Positions 31,234 through 40,559 of a stretch of DNA of 64,000 bases are shown piece by piece; position 1 is the first letter of the stretch, and the number at the start of each line of letters is the position of its first letter. Where the stretch lies: positions 115,855-179,854 of the forward strand of contig CAWENF010000003.1 of the NCBI GenBank assembly GCA_963810275.1, read 5' to 3'. The position numbers and the translations under genes are program-made. The DNA is from an uncultured archaeon (GTDB taxonomy: Archaea; Thermoproteota; Bathyarchaeia; Bathyarchaeales; Bathycorpusculaceae). The notes beneath the pieces are model-generated. The model was not told where the DNA came from, did not search any database, and saw nothing but the letters and a program-made list of their open reading frames with translations.

Positions 31234-31931
31234 ACCCCAAACTATTAAGAGAAGCGTTCACCCTAAAGGAAAGCCAATGTACCTTTGTTTCTGACAGCCC
31301 AGAAGCCCTCGAAGTCGCCAAACAATCCATCCATTGCAGCCGCCTTGACCTTGAACTCTACGTGCGAATGAACCCAAAATTCGAGCACACCCTCACGCCC
31401 GTAGATGTTCCTGAAAAGCCGCTTGTCGCCAAACTCATGGCTGAAGCAGCTGTTTTGGCTAAGGTAGGTCCTATGGCGGCAGTGGCGGGCGCTATAGCGG
31501 ACATAGCTGTAGCGGATATGCTCAGAATTGGATGCAAGGTGGCGGTGGTGGAGAACGGCGGCGAAATCATGGCACAAGCCAACCAGCCTGTGGATGTAGC
31601 AGTAGCTGCAGGGGAGGAGCCGCTTTCCAAATGCTTCGGTTTTAGATTAGCAGATTTTCCAATCGCTGTCGCCACTAGTTCCGGTAGGTTTAGCCACGCT
31701 TTCAGCTTCGGCGACGCAGAAGCAGCCATCGTCTTCGGCAAAAACGCATCTTTAGCGGATGCTGCGGCGACTGCGGTGGGTAACGAGGTGAAGGGCGAGG
31801 ACGTGCAGGAGGCGATTCAAGAGGGCATAAAAAGAGCCTTAAGTATTGAAGGAGTCGAGGGGGTAATGATCATCTACCGCGGCGAAGTAGGCACCGCAGG
31901 CAAAATTCCCAAACTTATCAAACTCAGCTAA
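31230..31931 (+). CDS. UPF0280 ApbE-like protein (MA1715-like sulfide assimilation)
   Basis: VGPMAAVAG, ENGGEI, ATSSG..SFG and ADAAATA motifs. Confidence 0.88.
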   Translation: MNPKLLREAFTLKESQCTFVSDSPEALEVAKQSIHCSRLDLELYVRMNPKFEHTLTPVDVPEKPLVAKLMAEAAVLAKVGPMAAVAGAIADIAVADMLRIGCKVAVVENGGEIMAQANQPVDVAVAAGEEPLSKCFGFRLADFPIAVATSSGRFSHAFSFGDAEAAIVFGKNASLADAAATAVGNEVKGEDVQEAIQEGIKRALSIEGVEGVMIIYRGEVGTAGKIPKLIKLS

Positions 31932-32120
31932 GCTGCCCGCTTTGCTCTGCGCCGGTTCTGAGACGCGCCAACCCATTTCCCTAATAGCAGCGTATTTTGT
32001 GTTGTCTTGCCTCAGTAACTACGAACGTAGGTCTCATTAACGGATTCCCTAACTCAAACGCCAAACTACAGCGCGGATTAGCATGGAGGAAATCTGAATC
32101 CTTCCAATCTGCGGACAGCT
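31931..32120 (-). ncRNA. Candidate ~190-nt structured non-coding RNA
   Basis: 10-bp terminal stem, several nested helices with G-U pairs on the minus strand, TATA-like ATTAAATA 29 nt upstream. Confidence 0.5.
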
Positions 32121-32218
32121 ACATAGCCCGAATCGACAAACTATTTAATGAAGGAAAAAACAACATCAATAGAGGCACACAAATACCTTGCCGCTGAGTA
32201 GTACCGCAAACTTGACTC

Positions 32219-32234
32219 CGAAACGCTTATATTT
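32219..32234 (+). promoter_or_regulatory. BRE/TATA promoter of the leader-lysC-aro operon
   Basis: CGAAACG-CTTATATT; predicted TSS ~32256. Confidence 0.65.
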
Positions 32235-32266
32235 TTTGTAAGGTGACTCATTTGCGGGTCGAAGCA

Positions 32267-32353
32267 ATGATATACACATTAGTAATAAGCAGTAACGCAC
32301 TGCAATTTGGCAGCTTCGACTATGGCTTTTATTATTTCGGTTATTTTCCTTAA
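32267..32353 (+). CDS. Phe/Tyr-rich leader peptide (putative attenuator uORF)
   Basis: MIYTLVISSNALQFGSFDYGFYYFGYFP*; 9 of the last 15 codons are Phe/Tyr; followed by hairpin 32354-32391. Confidence 0.8.
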   Translation: MIYTLVISSNALQFGSFDYGFYYFGYFP

Positions 32354-32409
32354 GCCCAGAACGGTCAAAATTTTTGAGTAAAGTTCTGGGCAACAAACGG
32401 GTGTAGCAA

Positions 32410-33654
32410 ATGACGAAACAACTCTCTAAACGTAAACTAGTAGTAAAATTCGGCGGCTCCAGCTTATCTGACCACGAACGCATGCTAAAAGCAGTTATGG
32501 CAGTTGTAAAAGAAGCACAGAAGGGCACGAAACTCGCCGTGGTAGTATCAGCTATGGGCAAAACAACCGATGTGCTTCTAGCCACGGCTAAGAGCACTTC
32601 AAATGGTAAACTCCAAAAACATGAACTCGATGAAATCCTTTCCATGGGCGAACGCACTAGCATGCGCATCTTCGCCACCGCCTTACGCAACAACGGCGTG
32701 GACGCCTGCTACTTCGACCCTATTGATAATAAGTGGCCAATCATCAGTGACGAGGCTTTCCAAAATGCCAATCCAGACCTTAAAGAATGTAGCAAGAAAA
32801 TCAAAGAATACATCCAGCCCTTGGTTGAGGCAGGCACTATACCGGTAATTGCGGGTTTCGTCGGGAAAACTGAGGATGGAAAAATCACCACAATGGGCAG
32901 GGGCGGAAGCGACACCACCGCCTTCATTTTAGCAGAAGGCATAGGTGCAGACCAAGTGGTGCTTGTAACTGACGCAGATGGCATCATGAGCAGTGACCCT
33001 AAAATCATAAAGAACCCGAGGCTTCTGCAAACAATCGACGTTAACACGCTGGTGGGTTTGGCTGATTCAGGAGCGAAATTTATTCACGCCAAGGCGCTTA
33101 AATACAAACCTAAAGCTATCGATGTGAAAGTCATCAGCAACAAGCACGGCGACTTAAGCAAAGACGGCACAATCATCACCGGCGCGTTGGCGTGGGAATT
33201 GAATGCGGAAATAGCTAATCCCTCTTCCGTAGCGGAGATAACCGTTATTGGTAAAGGCTTGTCAGCAAATCCTCAAGTCATAACCGAAATTGTTCAGAAA
33301 GTAAAGCAGAACAGCAGATTACTGGGCATGTCAATGAACACTAACTCCATAATACTCTACGTGCCCCAAACCGACATCATCGACGAACTCTTCGACCAGA
33401 TTCACCAAATCACAATAAACAACAAAGAAACCATCGCCATGGCAGTCAAAAAAGACTTAGTGCTCATCAAAACCAGCGGTGTTGGCTTAGAGGAAACCCA
33501 GGGTCTCATCGGCAAAATCAGCGAGGACCTGCGCGTAAAGGGGATAAACATCAGCGGCATCTTAACCATCACATCCAGTATTTTGCTATTTGTTGATTGG
33601 AATGAGAAAGAGAAAGCGCTAAAGTTAATTAAAAACGCTCTCAGAAATCATTAG
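32410..33654 (+). CDS. lysC: Aspartate kinase
   Basis: VVKFGGSS, VVVSAMGKTTD and MGRGGSDTTA motifs; ACT-like C-terminus. Confidence 0.93.
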   Translation: MTKQLSKRKLVVKFGGSSLSDHERMLKAVMAVVKEAQKGTKLAVVVSAMGKTTDVLLATAKSTSNGKLQKHELDEILSMGERTSMRIFATALRNNGVDACYFDPIDNKWPIISDEAFQNANPDLKECSKKIKEYIQPLVEAGTIPVIAGFVGKTEDGKITTMGRGGSDTTAFILAEGIGADQVVLVTDADGIMSSDPKIIKNPRLLQTIDVNTLVGLADSGAKFIHAKALKYKPKAIDVKVISNKHGDLSKDGTIITGALAWELNAEIANPSSVAEITVIGKGLSANPQVITEIVQKVKQNSRLLGMSMNTNSIILYVPQTDIIDELFDQIHQITINNKETIAMAVKKDLVLIKTSGVGLEETQGLIGKISEDLRVKGINISGILTITSSILLFVDWNEKEKALKLIKNALRNH

Positions 33655-33655
33655 G

Positions 33656-34459
33656 GTGGATGCACAAATGAACGAGGGAAAAATTCGCAGACTTAAAAAA
33701 ATCATTCAGAAAGATAACCGCACCGTAATTGTACCCATGGATCACGGTGTCACCATTGGACCCGTCACTGGCATAGTGAACATGCAAAAAATCACCGACC
33801 AACTAGTCAAAGGAAAAGCCGACGCAATCCTTGTGCATAAAGGCATTGCACGCCGCATCGACGTTGACGGAGCAGGCTTAATCGTTATGCTTTCAGGTGC
33901 ATCCAGCCTCGGACCAAACCCCAACGGCAAAGTTCAAGTCTGCAGCGTTCAAGAAGCAGTTCGGTTGGGCGCGGAGGCAGTTTCTGTTCACATTAACGTA
34001 GGCGCCCAAGATGAAGACAAGATGCTCTGCACTTTGGGTAAGGTGGCAGAGGAATGCGAAGTCTTCGGCATGCCACTTCTGGCTATGATGTACCCGAGGG
34101 GACCCCGAATCACCAACGAACACGCTCCCGAAGTCGTGGCTCACGCAGCCCGCATTGGTGCAGAACTCGGAGCAGATATAATAAAAACCAACTTCACAGG
34201 CAACATAGAAACATTCAAGACAGTAGTAGAAAGCTGTCCCGCCCCAGTAGTCATCGCAGGCGGACCGAAATGCAAAAGCGTCGAAGAAATCTTGCAAACC
34301 ACACATGACGCAATCCAAGCAGGCGCTGCGGGGCTTAGCATCGGCAGAAACATTTTCCAATGCGAAACGCCCACTAATATTACAAGGGCGCTTGCCGCCA
34401 TCGTTCATGAGAAAGCCACCGTGGCGGATGCGCAAAAGTTTTTGGGTGAAAAACTTTGA
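33656..34459 (+). CDS. aroA': 2-amino-3,7-dideoxy-D-threo-hept-6-ulosonate (ADH) synthase
   Basis: VPMDHG, MMYPRG, ELGADIIKT and AGGPK motifs; adjacent to DHQ synthase II. Confidence 0.9.
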   Translation: MDAQMNEGKIRRLKKIIQKDNRTVIVPMDHGVTIGPVTGIVNMQKITDQLVKGKADAILVHKGIARRIDVDGAGLIVMLSGASSLGPNPNGKVQVCSVQEAVRLGAEAVSVHINVGAQDEDKMLCTLGKVAEECEVFGMPLLAMMYPRGPRITNEHAPEVVAHAARIGAELGADIIKTNFTGNIETFKTVVESCPAPVVIAGGPKCKSVEEILQTTHDAIQAGAAGLSIGRNIFQCETPTNITRALAAIVHEKATVADAQKFLGEKL

Positions 34460-35478
34460 AGGAACTCTGGGTAGAAATATTAAAAGAAGACCAGAAAGGC
34501 TCAATGCAAGAGGCAGCTGCACAATTCAGCGACGCTGTTATCGAAGAGAACTCTGTTGTTTTTGTAGCAGCCGACGAACACGTAGCCCTATCGCCGCTTA
34601 CCAAAGAGACCCTTAACGAGCAAAACACAACTGAAAAAATCTTCCGCATAACCATAAGCGATAAAGAATCAGAGAACCTAACAGTTGAAGCTGCACAATT
34701 AGGCGCTAACTACATAATTATCGGATGCGCAAACTGGCGCGTCATCCCACTGGAAAACTTGATTGCCCGAATCAAGGGCAAAAGCAAACTCATCGCTGAA
34801 GTTGCCAGCGCTGAAGAAGCAAAAGTCGCAGTTGAAACCCTAGAATTGGGAACCGACGGCGTACTCCTCAGAACATCAAGCCCCGACGAGCTGATGAAAA
34901 CCGTTTCCATCGTCAAACCCGAAGCGCTCAAACTACAGATGGCAACAGCCAAAATCGTATCTTCCAAACCCATCGGCACAGGTGCACGCGTCTGCGTTGA
35001 CACATGCGACCTAATGACTCAAGGCGAAGGCATGCTGTCAGGCAGCCAAAGCGCCGGGCTCTTCCTAGTCGAAGCTGAAGTAAACGAAAATCCCTATGTC
35101 GCATCACGGCCTTTCCGCGTGAACGCAGGTTCATGCTCTATGTACACGTTAGGGAACCTGCAGACGACAAGGTACCTGCAAGAGTTCAAAGCAGGAGACG
35201 AAGTCATACTCGTTAACCGAGAAGGTAAAACCCGCAAAGCAAACGTGGGTCGCATAAAAATCGAAATCCGTCCCCTCATCCTAATCGAAGCCCAAGCAGA
35301 AGGCAAAATCATCAAGGTTATTCTGCAGAACGCTGAAACCATCCGCGTCGTTACCCCGTCAGGCTCTAAACCCGTTACTGACCTTAAAGCAGGTGACGAA
35401 GTCATCGTGCATTTAGCCGCCAAAGGCGGACGCCACTTCGGAATATCTGTGCCTGACGAAACGGTGATAGAGAAGTGA
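34456..35478 (+). CDS. aroB': 3-dehydroquinate synthase II
   Basis: IPLENLIA, RVCVDT, RPFRVNAG and LQNAETI motifs. Confidence 0.94.
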   Translation: MKELWVEILKEDQKGSMQEAAAQFSDAVIEENSVVFVAADEHVALSPLTKETLNEQNTTEKIFRITISDKESENLTVEAAQLGANYIIIGCANWRVIPLENLIARIKGKSKLIAEVASAEEAKVAVETLELGTDGVLLRTSSPDELMKTVSIVKPEALKLQMATAKIVSSKPIGTGARVCVDTCDLMTQGEGMLSGSQSAGLFLVEAEVNENPYVASRPFRVNAGSCSMYTLGNLQTTRYLQEFKAGDEVILVNREGKTRKANVGRIKIEIRPLILIEAQAEGKIIKVILQNAETIRVVTPSGSKPVTDLKAGDEVIVHLAAKGGRHFGISVPDETVIEK

Positions 35479-36158
35479 TTCCCCAAATCTGCGTCTCGAT
35501 TCTACCTAAAAACACAAACGAAGCATTAGAGTTAATTGTGAAAGCTGAAGCGGAAGGGGCAAACTTTGTTGAGGTACGCATGGACTGCCTAGAAGTAATA
35601 GGTGAACTTGCGAATTTACCTAAAAGCACAAGATGCCCTTTAATTGCTACTAACAAGCTCCCGGATGAAGGTGGCTTCTTTTCAGGTTCCGAAGCAGACC
35701 GTAAACAAATCTTACTTAACGCTGTTAAAAGCGGCTTCCAATATGTGGATGTAGACTTTTGCAGTCCTAACCCAGCGGAAGCAGTTGCATTGTTTAAATC
35801 TTCGGGCGCAAAGGTGGTGGTATCGTACCATAAACCGGACGGCACTCTGCCACATTACGCATTGGAGAAGGTACTAAAAAACCAGCTTGACTCCGGAGCA
35901 GATGTCTGCAAAATCATCACAACCGCCAAAAAAACCGAAGACAACCTGGTAGTTCTACGCTTCATCTCGGAAAACGCAGCAAAAACAAAACTAGTTTGCT
36001 TCTGTATGGGTGAAGCAGGCAAAACCTCAAGGCTGCTCTCACCAGTTTTCGGTGCATTCTTCACTTTCGCCGCGTTGTACACAGCCGCACAAACTGCACC
36101 GGGACAGATGAATATAAAAGAAATGTCCACTGCATACAGAATATTAGGGATAATTTGA
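35475..36158 (+). CDS. aroD: Type I 3-dehydroquinate dehydratase
   Basis: E.RMD, VSYH, GADVCKI, MGE.GKTSR and APGQ motifs. Confidence 0.92.
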   Translation: MIPQICVSILPKNTNEALELIVKAEAEGANFVEVRMDCLEVIGELANLPKSTRCPLIATNKLPDEGGFFSGSEADRKQILLNAVKSGFQYVDVDFCSPNPAEAVALFKSSGAKVVVSYHKPDGTLPHYALEKVLKNQLDSGADVCKIITTAKKTEDNLVVLRFISENAAKTKLVCFCMGEAGKTSRLLSPVFGAFFTFAALYTAAQTAPGQMNIKEMSTAYRILGII

Positions 36159-37015
36159 TGACGATTTCGGGCAAGACACGGGTATGTGGAGTTATAGGAG
36201 ATCCCATTGAGCACTCGCTTAGCCCCATCATGCATAACGCAGCGTTTGAAGCGATGGGACTAAACTACGTGTTTTTAGCGTTTAGGGTGAAGCCTTCCCG
36301 CGTAGCCGAAGCAGTAGACGGCATGCGAGCACTCAACATCCGTGGCTTAAACGTGACTATGCCTCATAAAAAGTTGGTTATGAAGAGCCTTGACCGCATC
36401 GACCTCGCCGCCCAGATAATTCAATCCGTAAACACAATCTTAAACCAGGGAAAACTGCTGTTTGGCTTCAACACTGACGGCGTCGGCGCAGTTAAAGCAC
36501 TCAAAGAAAACGGTGTTGGATTAAAGGGACATAAAGTGCTGCTTTTAGGTGCAGGCGGCGCTGCCAGAGCAATCGCTTATTTAGTAGCCAAAGAAGCAGA
36601 CGAACTCGCTGTGCTTAACCGAACAGCCAAACCCGCTCAGGAACTATCTAAGCTTCTGGAGAAGTCTGTGAACAAAAAAATCGCCTACGGCACCCTCTCC
36701 CAAGCCGACATAGAGCACAACCTACAGGACAGCGACATCTTAATCAACGCCACCTCTGTGGGAATGAAGCCGAAACCAACCGAAAGTCCCGTGCCCGCCG
36801 ATTTGCTGCGCAGAAACCTCGCGGTTATGGATATAGTCTACAACCCGCTGGAAACCCAACTCTTAAAAGACGCAAAAGAAGCAGGCGCACACGTAGTGAA
36901 CGGGGTGGAGATGCTGATTTATCAGGGCGCAGCATCCTTTGAAATCTGGACTGGCAAATCCGCGCCCGTTGAAGTTATGAGGAAGGCAGTGGTAACTCAC
37001 TTACAGAAGGTGTAA
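36155..37015 (+). CDS. aroE: Shikimate dehydrogenase
   Basis: HSLSPIMHN, NVTMPHK, NTDG and GAGGAARA motifs. Confidence 0.96.
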   Translation: MMTISGKTRVCGVIGDPIEHSLSPIMHNAAFEAMGLNYVFLAFRVKPSRVAEAVDGMRALNIRGLNVTMPHKKLVMKSLDRIDLAAQIIQSVNTILNQGKLLFGFNTDGVGAVKALKENGVGLKGHKVLLLGAGGAARAIAYLVAKEADELAVLNRTAKPAQELSKLLEKSVNKKIAYGTLSQADIEHNLQDSDILINATSVGMKPKPTESPVPADLLRRNLAVMDIVYNPLETQLLKDAKEAGAHVVNGVEMLIYQGAASFEIWTGKSAPVEVMRKAVVTHLQKV

Positions 37016-37019
37016 CAGG

Positions 37020-37889
37020 ATGGCGGGTGAAGCTGTGGCGGTGGCGCATGGCGCAGCAACAATCGTAAACGCTATAGCCTTGGGTAGGGGTGCAGCGTTC
37101 GGAGTTGACTTGTATACAAAAGCCGAAGTCAAACTAACAGGGGAATCAGGCGTTTTTGAAGTGGAAATCACTTCCGACCCCAACGAGAGCACTTTGCTAG
37201 TTGAACGTACTGTTGCCCGAGTTCTGGAACACTTCAAAGCCCAAGAACAATACGGTGCCAAAGTCAAAACCACCTCAAACATCCCAGCCGCCCGCGGACT
37301 CAAAAGCAGCAGTGTTGCCGCAAACGCAACAGCCCTTGCTACAATCGCCGCGCTGGAGAAGTCGCTGGACGACATTGAAATCGTCAGAATCGGCGTAGAA
37401 GCCGCATTTGACGCCAAATGCACAATCACAGGCGCCTTTGACGACGCATGCGCATCTTACTTCGGCGGAGCAGTCATAACCGACAACACACGTCGCCAGA
37501 TTCTCAAGCAGCTCAGGCTTCCAAAAAACCTCTCAGTGCTGTTTTGGGTACCCGCCCAGAAAGCATACACTATCAACTCTGACGTTGATCGCCTTCAGAC
37601 AGTTAAGCCACTGGTTGAGTTGGCGTTCGAGAAGGCAATGATGGGCAGCGTCTGGGATGCCCTAACACTCAACGGACTTGTTTACTCGGCGGCTTCGGGT
37701 CAGAACCCCGCCATCGCCATCGATGCACTACAGGCAGGCGCAGTCGCTGCTGGATTATGCGGTAAAGGACCCGCAGTTACCGCCGTCGTCCACTCCGACA
37801 CAGCCGACAAAGTCAAAGCTGCACTCCAAAACTACGAAGGCAACGTTATCGAAGCACAGCTTAACGGCGAAAAAGCCAAGGTGTTCTAA
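37020..37889 (+). CDS. aroK: Archaeal (GHMP) shikimate kinase
   Basis: GAATIVNAIA, GLKSSS and TGAFDDA motifs. Confidence 0.94.
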   Translation: MAGEAVAVAHGAATIVNAIALGRGAAFGVDLYTKAEVKLTGESGVFEVEITSDPNESTLLVERTVARVLEHFKAQEQYGAKVKTTSNIPAARGLKSSSVAANATALATIAALEKSLDDIEIVRIGVEAAFDAKCTITGAFDDACASYFGGAVITDNTRRQILKQLRLPKNLSVLFWVPAQKAYTINSDVDRLQTVKPLVELAFEKAMMGSVWDALTLNGLVYSAASGQNPAIAIDALQAGAVAAGLCGKGPAVTAVVHSDTADKVKAALQNYEGNVIEAQLNGEKAKVF

Positions 37890-37890
37890 A

Positions 37891-39186
37891 ATGACATCAG
37901 TAACCGTCAAAAAAACGGATTGCATCTCTGGCGAAGTGCAAGCTCCTGCCTCAAAGGCTTACACTCAACGCATGGTTATCGCGTCAGCCTTATCCAACGG
38001 AACCTCCAAAGTGGAGAAACCACTGTTTTCCAAAGACACCGAAGCCGCCCTACGCGCAGTAACGGGGTTGGGCGCCAAAGTTGAAGCGGGAGACGGACAA
38101 TGGACGATAACGGGAGTAGCCCAACTGGAAGCCCCCAGCGAACCCATTGATTGCGGCGAATCAGGAGCCACGCTAAGGTTTATAGTACCAGTCGCGGCTT
38201 TGGCAGACGGTGTCTCCACGCTGCTTTTCCATGGCTCAATTGCTCGTCGCCCCATAGAGCCCCTGCTAAACAGCCTCCATGACTTGAATGCAGAGGCATT
38301 TGTTGGCAAGCACTGTGAGGTGGATGCGGTGTTTGTGCAGGGCGGAGGCATTGCAGGTGGAAGAACCGAGATTGCTGGGGATGTTAGTTCACAGTTTATT
38401 TCTGGTTTGACGTTTGCGTGTCCCTTGGCAAAGGCGGATTCTGAGATTGTGCTTACGTCGCCATTAGAGTCGGCCGATTATGTGAAGATGACTCAGACAG
38501 TACTCAGCCAGCACGGCGTCAAAGTTGAAATTGAAGAAAGGCGTCTGCTAATTTCGGGAAATCAACGCTACAAACCCGCAGACGCAACTGTACCTGGAGA
38601 TTTCTCTTCAGCAGCTTTTCTCCTTGCAGCAGCTGCAGTCACTAAATCCAAAGTAAAAGTGGGCAACCTCGATTACGAGGCAGTGCAGGGCGACAAAGCC
38701 ATCGTGGAAATCCTAAAAGAAATGGGTGTAAAAGTTATGGTCACAAGCGACAGCATTGAAGTGGAAGGCACGGGTGAAAAGCTCAGGCACTTCGATATAG
38801 ACGCAAAAAATGTCCCTGACCTTGTCCCCGTACTTGCAGCCCTTGCATGCTACGCAGACGGCACCAGCCACATAACAGGCGCCAAACGGCTTCGCCTCAA
38901 AGAATCCGATCGACTCGCCTCAACGCACTCCGAACTCACCAAAATGGGCGCACAAATCACCATAACCGAAGACGGTTTAACCATCAAAGGCACCAAACTC
39001 CACAGCGCAGTCATAGACCCTCATAACGACCACCGCATAGCAATGGCAGCCGCCGTCGCCGCAATCGGAGCAAAAGGCGAAACCACAATAGAGCACGCAG
39101 AGTGTATCAGAAAGTCTTATCCGCAGTTCTTCCATCACTTAAAGCAATTAGGAGTTGAAGTGGTTGGCGGGAAACTCGATAGGTAA
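37891..39186 (+). CDS. aroA: EPSP synthase
   Basis: PASKAYTQR, SSQFISG, LRLKESDR and DHRIAMA motifs; ATG at 37891. Confidence 0.95.
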   Translation: MTSVTVKKTDCISGEVQAPASKAYTQRMVIASALSNGTSKVEKPLFSKDTEAALRAVTGLGAKVEAGDGQWTITGVAQLEAPSEPIDCGESGATLRFIVPVAALADGVSTLLFHGSIARRPIEPLLNSLHDLNAEAFVGKHCEVDAVFVQGGGIAGGRTEIAGDVSSQFISGLTFACPLAKADSEIVLTSPLESADYVKMTQTVLSQHGVKVEIEERRLLISGNQRYKPADATVPGDFSSAAFLLAAAAVTKSKVKVGNLDYEAVQGDKAIVEILKEMGVKVMVTSDSIEVEGTGEKLRHFDIDAKNVPDLVPVLAALACYADGTSHITGAKRLRLKESDRLASTHSELTKMGAQITITEDGLTIKGTKLHSAVIDPHNDHRIAMAAAVAAIGAKGETTIEHAECIRKSYPQFFHHLKQLGVEVVGGKLDR

Positions 39187-40267
39187 AGAATTCACTGTTA
39201 CAACGTTTGGGGAAAGCCATGGAAGAGTTGTCGGTGTAGTGGTTGACGGCTGCCCCGCAGGTTTGCCCTTAAAAAAAGAAGATTTCCAAGAAGAGCTGGA
39301 TAGGCGCATACCGAACCAGCCTAAAATCGTATCTGCCCGCGTGGAAAAGGACATGGCGCAGATTTTAAGCGGAGTCTTTAACGGCTACACGACGGGCGCA
39401 CCCATCACATTGATGGTGGAAAATAAGGAGACTCAGTCCAGCGACTACGACGCCGTCAAAAACACGCCCCGACCAGCCCACTCTGACTACCCTGCAAGCA
39501 TCCGCTATGGCGGGTTTAATGACCATCGAGGCGGCGGTCGCTTCTCAGGCCGCGTTACAGTCACATTAATCATGGCGGGGGTTGTCGCCAAGAAGCTGCT
39601 AGCAAGATACAACATGGACGTTCTTGCATACACTCAAGCTATCGGACCCGTTAAAAGCCACAAAGAGTTCCTCGCATCAGAAATTCGCAAGAACCGCAAC
39701 GCGGCAGCCACCCGTTGCCCCGACTTGGAGTGTGCAGAGAAGATGGAGGAAGCCATCGTTGCCGCAAAAGAAGCAGGCGACAGCCTCGGCGGAGTCGTAG
39801 AATGCGTTGCACTTAACATTCCTGCTGGTGTTGGTGAACCGCTGTTTGACGCTTTGGATGCGGATTTGGCGAAGGCACTGTTTTGTGTGTCTGCGGTGAA
39901 GGGCGTAGAGTTTGGCGCCGGCTTCAAAGCTGCCGAAATGTGTGGCTCGGAAAACAACGACGCTTTCCTTATGAAAGGTGGCAAGGTAGTGACCGCAACC
40001 GAGAACGCGGGCGGCATCTTAGGCGGTTTGTCAAGCGGCATGCCCATAGTCATCCGCGTCGCCATAAAACCCACACCCTCCATTGCGAAAGAGCAGAAAA
40101 CCGTGGATTTAACCTCTATGCAAGATACCTGCATAACCGTCAAAGGCCGCCATGACCCATGCATTGTACCAAAAGCGGTGCCAGCTATAGAAGCCGCAGT
40201 AGCAGTAACCTTAGTTGACCACTTAATTCGAGTGGGAGAAATCCCCAAAACCCTAAAGGTGTACTAA
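39164..40267 (+). CDS. aroC: Chorismate synthase
   Basis: FGESHG, RGGGRFSGR, KPTPSI and GRHDPC motifs. Confidence 0.97.
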   Translation: MAGNSIGKEFTVTTFGESHGRVVGVVVDGCPAGLPLKKEDFQEELDRRIPNQPKIVSARVEKDMAQILSGVFNGYTTGAPITLMVENKETQSSDYDAVKNTPRPAHSDYPASIRYGGFNDHRGGGRFSGRVTVTLIMAGVVAKKLLARYNMDVLAYTQAIGPVKSHKEFLASEIRKNRNAAATRCPDLECAEKMEEAIVAAKEAGDSLGGVVECVALNIPAGVGEPLFDALDADLAKALFCVSAVKGVEFGAGFKAAEMCGSENNDAFLMKGGKVVTATENAGGILGGLSSGMPIVIRVAIKPTPSIAKEQKTVDLTSMQDTCITVKGRHDPCIVPKAVPAIEAAVAVTLVDHLIRVGEIPKTLKVY

Positions 40268-40268
40268 A

Positions 40269-40529
40269 ATGAGCGAGTTAGATTCGTTACGTGAAAAAAT
40301 CGACGCAGTCGACGACCAAATCCTCCACGACTTCTTGCAACGTGTGAAAATTGCTCGCGCCATCGGCGAACTCAAGAGAAAAGAAGGCAGACCGGTGCAT
40401 GACATCCACCGTGAAACCGAAGTTTTCAAGCGCGCCAGAGAGCGGGCGGAGCTTTTGAAGCTTGACCCTGAAAGAATTGAGCGTATCTACCACGAAATAG
40501 TTAATATGTGCAGCACCGTTCAACAGTAA
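40269..40529 (+). CDS. Chorismate mutase (AroQ type II)
   Basis: LREKIDAVDDQIL..R..IG.LK pattern. Confidence 0.9.
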   Translation: MSELDSLREKIDAVDDQILHDFLQRVKIARAIGELKRKEGRPVHDIHRETEVFKRARERAELLKLDPERIERIYHEIVNMCSTVQQ

Positions 40530-40559
40530 CGTTATCTCTCAACGGGGAGATGTTCCCAG

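Noticed and set aside
31931-32120. Short RNase P RNA or SRP RNA identity for the structured element
   Set aside because: Lacks a proper GAGGAAAGUCC P4 strand and the SRP helix-8 motif; only a CAGAACCGGC resemblance is present
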